Positions 56,432-64,000 of a stretch of 64,000 nt of DNA are shown here, in pieces. Origin of the DNA: Nitrososphaerota archaeon (lineage in GTDB: Archaea > Thermoproteota > Nitrososphaeria_A > Caldarchaeales > Caldarchaeaceae). Every line of letters begins with the position of its first letter. Positions within the stretch are counted from its first letter, which is position 1. A model generated the notes under the pieces. The model searched no databases. It was not told where the DNA came from and worked only from the letters and a program-made list of their open reading frames with translations. The stretch spans positions 466,009-530,008 of the forward strand of contig JBEPYN010000002.1 in the NCBI GenBank assembly GCA_041641305.1. The letters run 5' to 3'. A program made the translations under genes and the position numbers.

Positions 56432-57260
56432 CAAGCTTGAGCAGCTTCTCCGGATAAAGGCCGGACAAATCCTCCCTGTAAAAAACCACAATCTTTTCAT
56501 CATATCTCCTGTCCAGCTCCACCCCGGGGCCCAGCTCAACCCACACTCCTTCCTCGACAAATTTTCGGAATTTCTCCACCGCGTCCCCGCTCCTGAGAAT
56601 ATCTATGGGACAGTTTATGTACATGGGCCTCTTGTCGACGATGTGGCGGGTGGATTTGGGTGGCAGCCTGTAGGCATGTTTGGCGATTGAGACGACCTCC
56701 TCTTTCCTCAGAGGCCTCAGCAAGTATCCGAAGACGTGTCTGCCCCGTTTAACAACCTCTTCAACGTCACTGTCTCTGACATAGGTTATGCCAAGCGTTT
56801 TTAGTCTCTGCTCGAGCATGGAAAGTTTCCCGTAAACCTGCTCGGTGGCCAGAGTTTCTTGATGTTTGATTTTCAGGCTCTGTCCATTGCTCCAGATGAA
56901 CCAAGCGTCGTAGATGTCTCTTGACTCTGTGAAGCCCAGTTCGCTGCAATAATCCTTTAACTCATCGCTGGATATGTTCTTTGACGCAGCTCGCCCCCAT
57001 CCGGCGAGGACAACACGGGGAGACATGTAGTCGACTGTGTAGACGGGTATTTTTTCGAGGCCTAGAACCATAGCCGCCTCAACCCTGTGCGTGCCATCTA
57101 TAACCAGCCCGGTCTCAGCGTCGACTATCACGGGGTCTATGAAGCGGCCTTTTTTGGCGATGTCCTCGGCTATGCGGGAGACTGCTTGTGGAATGGATTG
57201 CTCATGTGGGTGAAGGTTTCCGGTGTCGGCGAGTGTGACCGTCCAAGGTTTTAGCCTCAA
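56400..57260 (-). CDS. ParB/Srx-fold protein (candidate ADP-dependent serine kinase SerK-like)
   Basis: N-terminal FIDPVIVDAETGLVIDGTHRVEAAMVLGLEKIPVYTV matches the ParB/sulfiredoxin nuclease-like fold (DGxHR). T. kodakarensis SerK belongs to this fold. A SerA-like dehydrogenase is adjacent. Confidence 0.55.
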   Translation of the reverse strand: MRLKPWTVTLADTGNLHPHEQSIPQAVSRIAEDIAKKGRFIDPVIVDAETGLVIDGTHRVEAAMVLGLEKIPVYTVDYMSPRVVLAGWGRAASKNISSDELKDYCSELGFTESRDIYDAWFIWSNGQSLKIKHQETLATEQVYGKLSMLEQRLKTLGITYVRDSDVEEVVKRGRHVFGYLLRPLRKEEVVSIAKHAYRLPPKSTRHIVDKRPMYINCPIDILRSGDAVEKFRKFVEEGVWVELGPGVELDRRYDEKIVVFYREDLSGLYPEKLLKLVKNSLKQTLR

Positions 57261-58333
57261 CCCAGTTCAGCCATCTCTTCAAACAGATGCCACGGCATGG
57301 TGGCGTAAACGTCTTCGAAGATGACGCGTGGGCTGGGCGGCGGTGTCTTCTCCGCTTCCTCGGTGGCGCGGCGCAGCTCGTCCTTGAAGCCGTCCACAAT
57401 TTTCTGCTCCTCCTCGGGGGACCACAACCTGTTGCGGGTAAGGTAGACCCGAAGCCGCTTCAACGGGTCAAATGCCCGCATTTGTTCAACCTCTTCTTCG
57501 GAGCGGTATTTTGAGGGGTCGTCAGCGGTTGTATGCGGCCCCATCCTGTATGTGACGGCCTCTATCAGAACAGCGCCCTCACCAGCTCGGGCCCTCTCCA
57601 CAAACTTTCTGCAGACAGTGTAGACAGCGAGGACATCGTTGCCGTCGACCCTTATTCCCGGAATTCCGTAGGCTTTTGCCTTTACCGCTATGTTGGGTGC
57701 GGCTGTCTGCATCTTGAAGGGAACGGAGATGGCCCACTGGTTGTTCTGAACAAAGAAGACCACGGGGGGCTTGAAGACACCGGCCCAGTTCACTGCCTCG
57801 TGGAAATCTCCTTTGGAGGTGGCGCCGTCGCCCAAGTAGACCAGAAACACCTCTTTCTCGCCGCGTTTCTTCGCCGCCATCGCCATGCCAACAGCCACGG
57901 GACACATGAGAGAAACCGCTCCCGCACCCACTACAATCCTATAGCGTCTGTCGCCATACAGCGTGATTTCATGCCCCTTCATGTGGTCGAGGTTTGTGGC
58001 AAACATTCTATGCATCAACGTTGTGAGCGGCGCTCCTCTGAGAAGACCCACAGTCAGCTCACGGTAGGTTGGAAACATCCAGTCTAAGTCGCTCAAGCTG
58101 TGAACGCTTCCCACGACAGAGGCCTCCTGTCCCTCGACCGGCGCGTAGCGTGATGCTTTCCCGAGCGGATGTATCTTGAGCATCCACTGGTCAAACGTTC
58201 TCAGGACAACCATGTCACGCATCATCTTACGCATCATCTCGTTGGAGAGGCCGGGGTCAGGCTCCCCGACCAGCTCCCCCTCAGGGCTCAAAACCCTGTA
58301 AAGCCCTAACTCCGCCTGACCGTCTCCAGACAT
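57257..58333 (-). CDS. TPP-dependent 2-oxoacid dehydrogenase E1 component alpha subunit
   Basis: TPP-binding motif GDGATSKGDFHEAVNWA...NNQWAIS. C-terminal YRMGPHTTADDPSKYR signature. No E1-beta gene is adjacent. Confidence 0.85.
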   Translation of the reverse strand: MSGDGQAELGLYRVLSPEGELVGEPDPGLSNEMMRKMMRDMVVLRTFDQWMLKIHPLGKASRYAPVEGQEASVVGSVHSLSDLDWMFPTYRELTVGLLRGAPLTTLMHRMFATNLDHMKGHEITLYGDRRYRIVVGAGAVSLMCPVAVGMAMAAKKRGEKEVFLVYLGDGATSKGDFHEAVNWAGVFKPPVVFFVQNNQWAISVPFKMQTAAPNIAVKAKAYGIPGIRVDGNDVLAVYTVCRKFVERARAGEGAVLIEAVTYRMGPHTTADDPSKYRSEEEVEQMRAFDPLKRLRVYLTRNRLWSPEEEQKIVDGFKDELRRATEEAEKTPPPSPRVIFEDVYATMPWHLFEEMAELG

Positions 58334-59511
58334 TCCAAAAACTCCTCGTCAGACAAAGCCCTCTTCTTAGCGATAGACATCTCCTTCACTTTTTGGAGCA
58401 GGGCTTGAACCTCCTCCGGCGACGCTTTTACACCGAGTTTCTCGAGCTTCCACTCGATAGAGTGTTTTCCACTCTTTTTGCCGACGAGGACATCATGTCT
58501 GTTTCCGACAAGCTCCGGTAGAAAGGCCTCGGAGCCGAGGTGGTACTTTACCCAGCCAGCCACCGATATGCCCGATTCTCTTGTGAACACTCTCTCGCCG
58601 ACGACGGGTTTGTTGGCGGCGAGCCGGAAACTTGTCAACTTCTCCACAAGCCGAGAAACCTCCACAAGCTTATCGAGGCGGAGGCCGAGGCGTCTACCGT
58701 AGAGCAGCTCAAGGCTTAGAACAACCTCCTCAAGGGCCGCGTTACCAGCTCTTTCGCCAATCCCGTTGACAGAGACATGCACCACGCTTGCTCCCGCCGA
58801 CAAGCCGGCTATGCTCACCGCCGTCCCCATACCAAAGTCGTTGTGACAGTGAACCTCGACAGGCACATTCACCGTCCGCACAATCTCACCGACAAGATAC
58901 CTGAACCCCTCCGGAGAAGCACAGCCAAAAGTGTCAACAACCGCGACGGCGTCGGGCTTAGCCTCCTCAACAACCTTAGAGTAGATGTGTTTGAGGAAGT
59001 TGATATCAGCTCTTGTGCCGTCCACGCCGAAGAAAACAGTGTACAGCCCATGGTCCTTCGCATACTGCACATGCGTAACCGCTTTCTCTACAACGTCCTC
59101 GGCTCGCCATCCAAACTGCATCAGCTTCGGCACACCCACCGGCCCCTCGGTAACTATTCCAGAGACATCTGCCTTGAGAGCTGCATCGATGTCCTCTTTC
59201 ACGAGGCGCGCGAACCCGAAAACCCTAGCTCTAAGGCCCTCGTTGGCAATCATCTTCACGGCGTTGAAGTCCTCCTCGGAGACAACGGGCATCCCAGCCT
59301 CGAGCCTGTGCACACCCAGCTCATCTAACGCCTTCGCAATCTCCAGCTTCTCGGAAGCCTTCAGCACGACGCCGGGTGTCTGCTCACCATCCCTCAAAGT
59401 AACATCATAAATCTCAATCTTCTCAGGAAAATTGAACTGGTTAACAACCTGTGGAGAAAAGTTGTAGGGGCTGACCCAGTGTTTTTCTCCTCGCCAAGGC
59501 TCTGATGACAT
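58306..59511 (-). CDS. LeuA-family DRE-TIM metallolyase (2-isopropylmalate/homocitrate/citramalate synthase-like, short form)
   Basis: YDVTLRDGEQTPGV and HCHNDFGMGTAVSIAGLSAGASVVHVSVNGIGERAGNAALEEVV. Lacks the long LeuA regulatory domain. Confidence 0.8.
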   Translation of the reverse strand: MSSEPWRGEKHWVSPYNFSPQVVNQFNFPEKIEIYDVTLRDGEQTPGVVLKASEKLEIAKALDELGVHRLEAGMPVVSEEDFNAVKMIANEGLRARVFGFARLVKEDIDAALKADVSGIVTEGPVGVPKLMQFGWRAEDVVEKAVTHVQYAKDHGLYTVFFGVDGTRADINFLKHIYSKVVEEAKPDAVAVVDTFGCASPEGFRYLVGEIVRTVNVPVEVHCHNDFGMGTAVSIAGLSAGASVVHVSVNGIGERAGNAALEEVVLSLELLYGRRLGLRLDKLVEVSRLVEKLTSFRLAANKPVVGERVFTRESGISVAGWVKYHLGSEAFLPELVGNRHDVLVGKKSGKHSIEWKLEKLGVKASPEEVQALLQKVKEMSIAKKRALSDEEFLECLETVRRS

Positions 59512-59512
59512 T

Positions 59513-60478
59513 TTACTCAGCCACTACTGGGTTGCGCATAACGCCGAGGCTCTCTATCTCAGACTCGACCACGTCACCGGGCTTGAGATAATACTTTTCA
59601 GGGTTTTCTCTGAAAGCGGCCACTCCGGAGATGGTTCCAGTGGTTATGATGTCGCCTGGCTCAAGCATCACCCATGAATAGTGCTCTATAATCTCCTGCA
59701 ACGTGACCGAGAGCCTGCTGGTGTTTCCCGACTGCCTCACTTCGCCGTTAACCCGCAGCTCCATCTTCAGGTTGTGGGGGTTACTTATCTCATCCTTGGT
59801 CACAAGGTAGGGGCCCATGGGAGCGAATGTGTCAAGGTTTTTCCCAAAGTTCAGCAATCCGTTCTTCATCTCCTGCCGCTGAATGTCACGCGCGGTTATG
59901 TCGTTAAACACCATGAATCCGGCGACATAATCGAAAGCCCTCTCCTTCGCAATGTATTTTCCACGCTTCCCAATAACGATAGCCATCTCAAGCTCGTAGT
60001 CAAGCTCCTTGGTGTACTTTGGGTAGACGATGTTGTCGTAGGGCCCTATGACCGCTGTGGGGCTCTTCAGGAAAGATATCCACTGGGGAATTGGAAACTC
60101 CCATTTTGCTTTCTCAGCTTCTTTCGCATGTTCGCGGAAGTTTCCCGCGGTGTGAATTATTTTACCCGGCCGCGGAATGGGCGCATGAAGACGTACCTTG
60201 CCAAGCTCATACACGAAGCCTTCTCCGTAGGACATGTTGATGAAGGACCTAGCCTTGAACAAAACTCTCTCAGCAGCCTCAAAAGCTCTGCGGCCTCTAC
60301 GCAGGAAAGAAACCATGCTAGATGGTAGTAGAGCATCCGCCAAAACCTGCGGATCCTCCTCGCCATCCTCATTCAACAACGCTGCGTAGGCCATGTTTCC
60401 ATCAATTAGGTATTCGCCGTAAACTATGCCGAGACGCGGTTCTCGACGATGGGGATGTTGGAAAGTGACTAGCTTCAT
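59513..60478 (-). CDS. fumarylacetoacetate hydrolase (FAH) family protein (second paralog)
   Basis: YELEMAIVIGKRGKYI, FNDITARD, GKNLDTFAPMGPYLVT and GDIITTGT. Paralog of the FAH gene at 9640-10584. Confidence 0.85.
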   Translation of the reverse strand: MKLVTFQHPHRREPRLGIVYGEYLIDGNMAYAALLNEDGEEDPQVLADALLPSSMVSFLRRGRRAFEAAERVLFKARSFINMSYGEGFVYELGKVRLHAPIPRPGKIIHTAGNFREHAKEAEKAKWEFPIPQWISFLKSPTAVIGPYDNIVYPKYTKELDYELEMAIVIGKRGKYIAKERAFDYVAGFMVFNDITARDIQRQEMKNGLLNFGKNLDTFAPMGPYLVTKDEISNPHNLKMELRVNGEVRQSGNTSRLSVTLQEIIEHYSWVMLEPGDIITTGTISGVAAFRENPEKYYLKPGDVVESEIESLGVMRNPVVAE

Positions 60479-60572
60479 ATCGCATATCTTGTTTGCTGCG
60501 TCGTATTATACTTTGGCCTGATGTTTTTCTTGGTGTAAATGTTTTTTAGAACGGTGGCGACTTTTTCCGAAT

Positions 60573-61883
60573 GTGAATTCAGCGCGTTTCTTCAACAAAC
60601 CCGCTGAAACTATGAGTAGGAAAGATATTGAGGAAAACCGTGATAAGATGCTGCGTTGGACTGTTCGGCATGCTTACAGAAACAACCCATTCTATCGTAA
60701 GAAACTTGATGAAGCGAAGGTCAGCCCAGACGATGTTAAGACGGTGGATGATTTGGTGAAGCTGCCTTTCACAACCAAGGATGAGCTGCGTTCACTGTAT
60801 CCATACGGCACTCTCGCCGTGCAGCGTAGCGAGGTTCTTGAGGTTCACGCCACCTCTGGGACAACAGGTGTGCCGACCCTCGGGTTCTACACAAAAAACG
60901 ACATAGAGGTCTGGGCCGAGGTCTCCGCCCGTAGCCTAGCCATGTCCGGGCTGACTAAGGAAGATGTTTTTCAGATTACCCCGAGTTTCGGAATGTTTAC
61001 GGGAGGGTTCGGGTTCTACTATGGGGCACGCAAGATAGGCGCCATGATTATACCAACCGGCGCAGGGTTCAGCCGCCGCCAAATACAGTACATGCTCGAC
61101 TTCGGAACCACTATGGTGTGCGCGGTTGTTTCATACATTCTCAGGTTGACTGAGACGGCTTTGGAGATGGGTGTCGACCCGGCTAAGGATACACTGGTTA
61201 GGAAGGGTGTTTTCGGCTCGGAGATGTGGACCTCTGAGATGAAGAAATGGGTCTCCGACAAGTGGAACATGGATGTCTACGACATCTACGGGTTTACGGA
61301 GCTTTGTGGACCCGGTGTCGCGAACGACTGCTTTGTTCACGATGGGCTGCATCTATGGGAGGACCATTTTCTCGTGGAGGTCATCGACCCCAAGACCGGT
61401 GAACCCGTCGGCCCCGAGGAAAAAGGCGAGCTTGTCTTCACCACATTGACTAAAGAGGCGGCGCCGCTCCTCCGATACCGTTGCAGAGACATCTCATACA
61501 TCTACGACGCCCGCTCATGCGACTGTGGAAGAACCCATCTCCGGCTCGGATACATTTCTGGCAGGGTTGATGACATGATAAAGGTCTCAGGCGTCGCTGT
61601 CTGGCCCAGCGCAGTCGAATCAGTATTGCTCAGACATCGTGAACTTGGCCCCGAGTATCAGATAGTTGTCTGGAGGGAGAAGGGCCTTGATAGGATGAAG
61701 GTCGTCGCCGAGCTGGCCCATGAACTGAGAAGCGATGAGGCCGAGGCTCTGCGAAGCAAGTTGGAGAGAGAACTACATGAGACACTGCTTACAAGTGTGC
61801 AGGTGGAGCTTGCGGAACCCATGTCCCTGCCACGTCAAGAAGTGGGCAAAGCCAAACGCGTCATAGACAAGCGGGTTGAATAA
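60573..61883 (+). CDS. paaK: phenylacetate--CoA ligase family adenylate-forming enzyme
   Basis: HAYRNNPFYRKKLDEAKV...LPFTTKDELR N-domain. AMP-binding P-loop ATSGTTGVPT. YGFTE motif. 436 aa. Confidence 0.85.
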   Translation: MNSARFFNKPAETMSRKDIEENRDKMLRWTVRHAYRNNPFYRKKLDEAKVSPDDVKTVDDLVKLPFTTKDELRSLYPYGTLAVQRSEVLEVHATSGTTGVPTLGFYTKNDIEVWAEVSARSLAMSGLTKEDVFQITPSFGMFTGGFGFYYGARKIGAMIIPTGAGFSRRQIQYMLDFGTTMVCAVVSYILRLTETALEMGVDPAKDTLVRKGVFGSEMWTSEMKKWVSDKWNMDVYDIYGFTELCGPGVANDCFVHDGLHLWEDHFLVEVIDPKTGEPVGPEEKGELVFTTLTKEAAPLLRYRCRDISYIYDARSCDCGRTHLRLGYISGRVDDMIKVSGVAVWPSAVESVLLRHRELGPEYQIVVWREKGLDRMKVVAELAHELRSDEAEALRSKLERELHETLLTSVQVELAEPMSLPRQEVGKAKRVIDKRVE

Positions 61884-62862
61884 AATGGTCCGAATAATTT
61901 CTCGAAGCGAGCTCGAGAACTGGCTTGATATGAAGACCTCCGTCGAGATTGTTGAGGATTTTTTCAGAGATTATGGTGACGAGAAGTATGTTGCTCCGCC
62001 GAGGATGGTTACAGCGATTGAAGAGCGTGACGCCGTCTACCTCAACATGCCGGCCGCCAGCCTCCACGCCGGAGGTTACACGGTGAAGCTGATAAACGAA
62101 TACAGGAAAAACCCCGTGCTACACGGCGTCGAGGCAGCCCATGGTGTGGTGCTTTTCTTCGACATAGAAACTGGGATGCTTAAGGGAATTGTGGACGCGG
62201 TGGCACTCACGTCTCTCAGAACAGGTGCAATAGGTGGAGTGGGTGCAAAATATCTCGCACCCGCTGACAGCAGGTCAGCAGCATTAATAGGGAGTGGTAG
62301 AACAGCGTGGACACAGTTGACAGCTCTACACACAGTACGAGGCATTGAGCGGGTCAAAATCTACAGCCCCACAAAGGCCAACAGAGAAAAGCTCGCTGAA
62401 AAAGCCGCGAAGACCTTGGGAATAGATGCGGAAGCGGTCGAGAACCCGCGTGAAGCGGTTGAGAACGCTGAAGTGGTGCTGGCGGCCACGAACTCAGCGG
62501 AACCTGTTTTGACGGGTGAGTGGCTTGCAGAAAATGTTCATGTCACGAGTATTGGGGCTTTGCCTACTCGTAGAGAGCTTGACCTTGAGACTTTCCGCCG
62601 CGCGGAGCTGATAGCCGCCGACCTCAAGAAATCCGTGCTCAAGGAGGCTGGGGACATAATGGCCGCGGTTGAGAAGGGAATCGTGGACCCGGCCAAGGTT
62701 CTTGAGCTCCATGAAGTTGTTAAACAGAACCTGACAAGGCCCCGGAACGTTCACGTCACATTGCTCAAATCCGTTGGGTTTGCGGCTCTCGACCTTTACT
62801 TTACTTCACGTGTCCTGAGAATGGCTGAGAAGATGGGCGTCGGCCGGGTTATCGAGCTTTAG
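61876..62862 (+). CDS. ornithine cyclodeaminase/mu-crystallin family protein
   Basis: Rossmann GSGRTAWTQL. OCD-family length and layout. 8-nt overlap with paaK, suggesting co-transcription. Confidence 0.8.
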   Translation: MNKMVRIISRSELENWLDMKTSVEIVEDFFRDYGDEKYVAPPRMVTAIEERDAVYLNMPAASLHAGGYTVKLINEYRKNPVLHGVEAAHGVVLFFDIETGMLKGIVDAVALTSLRTGAIGGVGAKYLAPADSRSAALIGSGRTAWTQLTALHTVRGIERVKIYSPTKANREKLAEKAAKTLGIDAEAVENPREAVENAEVVLAATNSAEPVLTGEWLAENVHVTSIGALPTRRELDLETFRRAELIAADLKKSVLKEAGDIMAAVEKGIVDPAKVLELHEVVKQNLTRPRNVHVTLLKSVGFAALDLYFTSRVLRMAEKMGVGRVIEL

Positions 62863-63986
62863 TATGACCTCGGTAGGCCGAGGCCTTTTTCCGCTATGAA
62901 TGCAAGGGCCAGCTCCTGTGTTATCGGCCCCGACTTAAGCAAGTAGATGTCTCTCATCACCCGCTCCAGCCCAGACTCCTTAAGGTAGCCGTGTCCGCCG
63001 AGAACCTGAATAGCTTGCCCAACCGCCTTGAACACAACCTCGGAGGCGAAATACTTGGCCACGCACGCGGCCACACTCGCATCCTCGTCCCTGTCAAACT
63101 TTCCAGCGGCGTCGAATGTCAGAAGCTTCGCCGCCTCGGCTTCGGCGTAGAGTACTGCGAGTGGGAACTGTATGCCCTGATATGTGCCTATGGGTTTTCC
63201 GAAGACTTTCCGCTCCTTGGCATATGAGGTGGCTGTTTTGATTGCGAAAAGCGCTGAGCCGACGGCGAGTGCTGCGTAAACTATGCGATCCGGGTTAAGT
63301 GCATGTGTGAGAGCCTTCCAACCGTTGTCCACCTCCCCCACAACACTCTCCTCATCAACCTCGACATTCTCAAGCCTCATCAAACCCGTGCGGAAATAAT
63401 TGGTACCCATCTTCGGAAGCTCCGAGAAGCTGAGACCCGCCGCCTTCATGTCGAGAACAAACAACGTAATCCCCGCACTCTTCTTCGCAGCACGTTCAAG
63501 CGGCGTTGTCCTCGCTGCAAGAAGCATATGGGTGGCTCTGTCAAAGTTGTTGACATACATCTTCTCCCCGTTTATCACATATTTCCTACCTTGTTTGACC
63601 GCGGTTGTCTTTATCGAGAGAACATCGGATCCAGATTCTCTCTCTGTTATCGAGAGGCCCATGATGTATTCTCCTGTAGCGAGTCGCGGAAGAATGCTTT
63701 GACGCTGGCTCTCTGACCCTGATTTGTTTATCACGAGAGAGGCCATGTTGTTGCTGAGAAGCGGGTAAATGGCTGTCCCGCAGCCATGCATAGTGAGATA
63801 AATCACGGCTTCGACGAGTTTAGAGACGGTTTTGCCCAGTCCGCCGTAGGTTTCTGGAATCAGGAACCCGGGCATCCGACGCCTCCCACACTCTCGCCAA
63901 AACTCCTCGGGGAACTCACCCTCATCGCTTGCCTTCTCCCAGTAGCTCAGCGGGAAAAGTGCTGGCAGGTCCACAACCTCTTTCAC
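62859..63986 (-). CDS. acyl-CoA dehydrogenase family protein
   Basis: ACAD N-terminal, middle and C-terminal domains: GLSITERESGSD and YAKERKVFGKPIGTYQGIQF. Catalytic-base region near the C-terminus. Confidence 0.85.
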   Translation of the reverse strand: MKEVVDLPALFPLSYWEKASDEGEFPEEFWRECGRRRMPGFLIPETYGGLGKTVSKLVEAVIYLTMHGCGTAIYPLLSNNMASLVINKSGSESQRQSILPRLATGEYIMGLSITERESGSDVLSIKTTAVKQGRKYVINGEKMYVNNFDRATHMLLAARTTPLERAAKKSAGITLFVLDMKAAGLSFSELPKMGTNYFRTGLMRLENVEVDEESVVGEVDNGWKALTHALNPDRIVYAALAVGSALFAIKTATSYAKERKVFGKPIGTYQGIQFPLAVLYAEAEAAKLLTFDAAGKFDRDEDASVAACVAKYFASEVVFKAVGQAIQVLGGHGYLKESGLERVMRDIYLLKSGPITQELALAFIAEKGLGLPRSY

Positions 63987-64000
63987 GTATCAGATGATGC

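Noticed and set aside
9640-60478. The two FAH genes and the two M24 peptidase genes considered as dispersed repeats or mobile-element signatures
   Set aside because: These are divergent protein-level paralogs with no nucleotide-level repeat structure or flanking terminal repeats. They are ordinary gene-family members.
1-64000. CRISPR arrays, rRNA genes, IS-element transposases and integrases
   Set aside because: No regularly spaced short direct repeats, no rRNA-like conserved stretches, and no DDE, serine or tyrosine recombinase motifs were recognised in any frame. The only repeat is the duplicated segment described in the findings, which lacks terminal inverted repeats.

Overview
This 64 kb window is densely coding on both strands and comes from a high-GC archaeon, most likely a hyperthermophilic member of Thermoproteota (Thermoproteales/Thermofilum-like). 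Three things point to that lineage: a tRNA-Arg(CCG) carrying a non-canonical intron in the T-arm; the gene set TFB, Gar1, SRP19, S8e, S26e, Nop5-fibrillarin and an A/V-ATPase D subunit; and leaderless TATA-containing promoters.

Layout:
1. 0-19 kb: housekeeping and metabolism. Contains yjbQ, tRNA-Arg, a PMT/GT39-like membrane glycosyltransferase, a remnant of a PaaK-type ligase, a Glu/Leu dehydrogenase, two M24 peptidases, hisS, an HtrA protease, an FAH hydrolase, mmsA, pheT-pheS and uppS.
2. 19.3-30.9 kb: an information-processing block. Contains smc-scpA-scpB-rps8e-srp19-gar1-tfb, a winged-helix/4-Cys protein, rlmE, trm1, a THEP1 NTPase, rnhB and flpA-nop5.
3. 31.1-46.1 kb: a surface-glycan biosynthesis island. 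A secreted FN3/Thr-rich protein is followed by five GT4 glycosyltransferases, a Wzx-like flippase, two SDR epimerases, a UDP-sugar dehydrogenase, a GalU-like nucleotidyltransferase and two methyltransferases.
4. 46.3-46.75 kb: a RelE-type toxin-antitoxin pair. The toxin is broken by a frameshift in a G5 tract.
5. 47-52 kb: atpD, proS, htpX and rps26e. They are flanked by an imperfect direct duplication of about 350-480 bp that carries the 5' ends of two divergent genes; one copy is decayed.
6. 51.9-55.4 kb: a compositionally distinct, AT-richer island. It encodes a small Zn-finger protein, a 282-aa unknown protein and an unusual fusion of a SAM methyltransferase to a D-Ala-D-Ala-ligase-like ATP-grasp domain. 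This fusion is the most novel-looking candidate in the window.
7. 55.5-64 kb: an amino-acid and aromatic-acid catabolic cluster. Contains a SerA-like dehydrogenase, a ParB/Srx-fold protein that may be a SerK-like serine kinase, an orphan TPP-dependent E1-alpha, a LeuA-family synthase, a second FAH hydrolase, paaK, an ornithine cyclodeaminase and an acyl-CoA dehydrogenase.

No rRNA genes, CRISPR arrays or recognisable transposases were seen.
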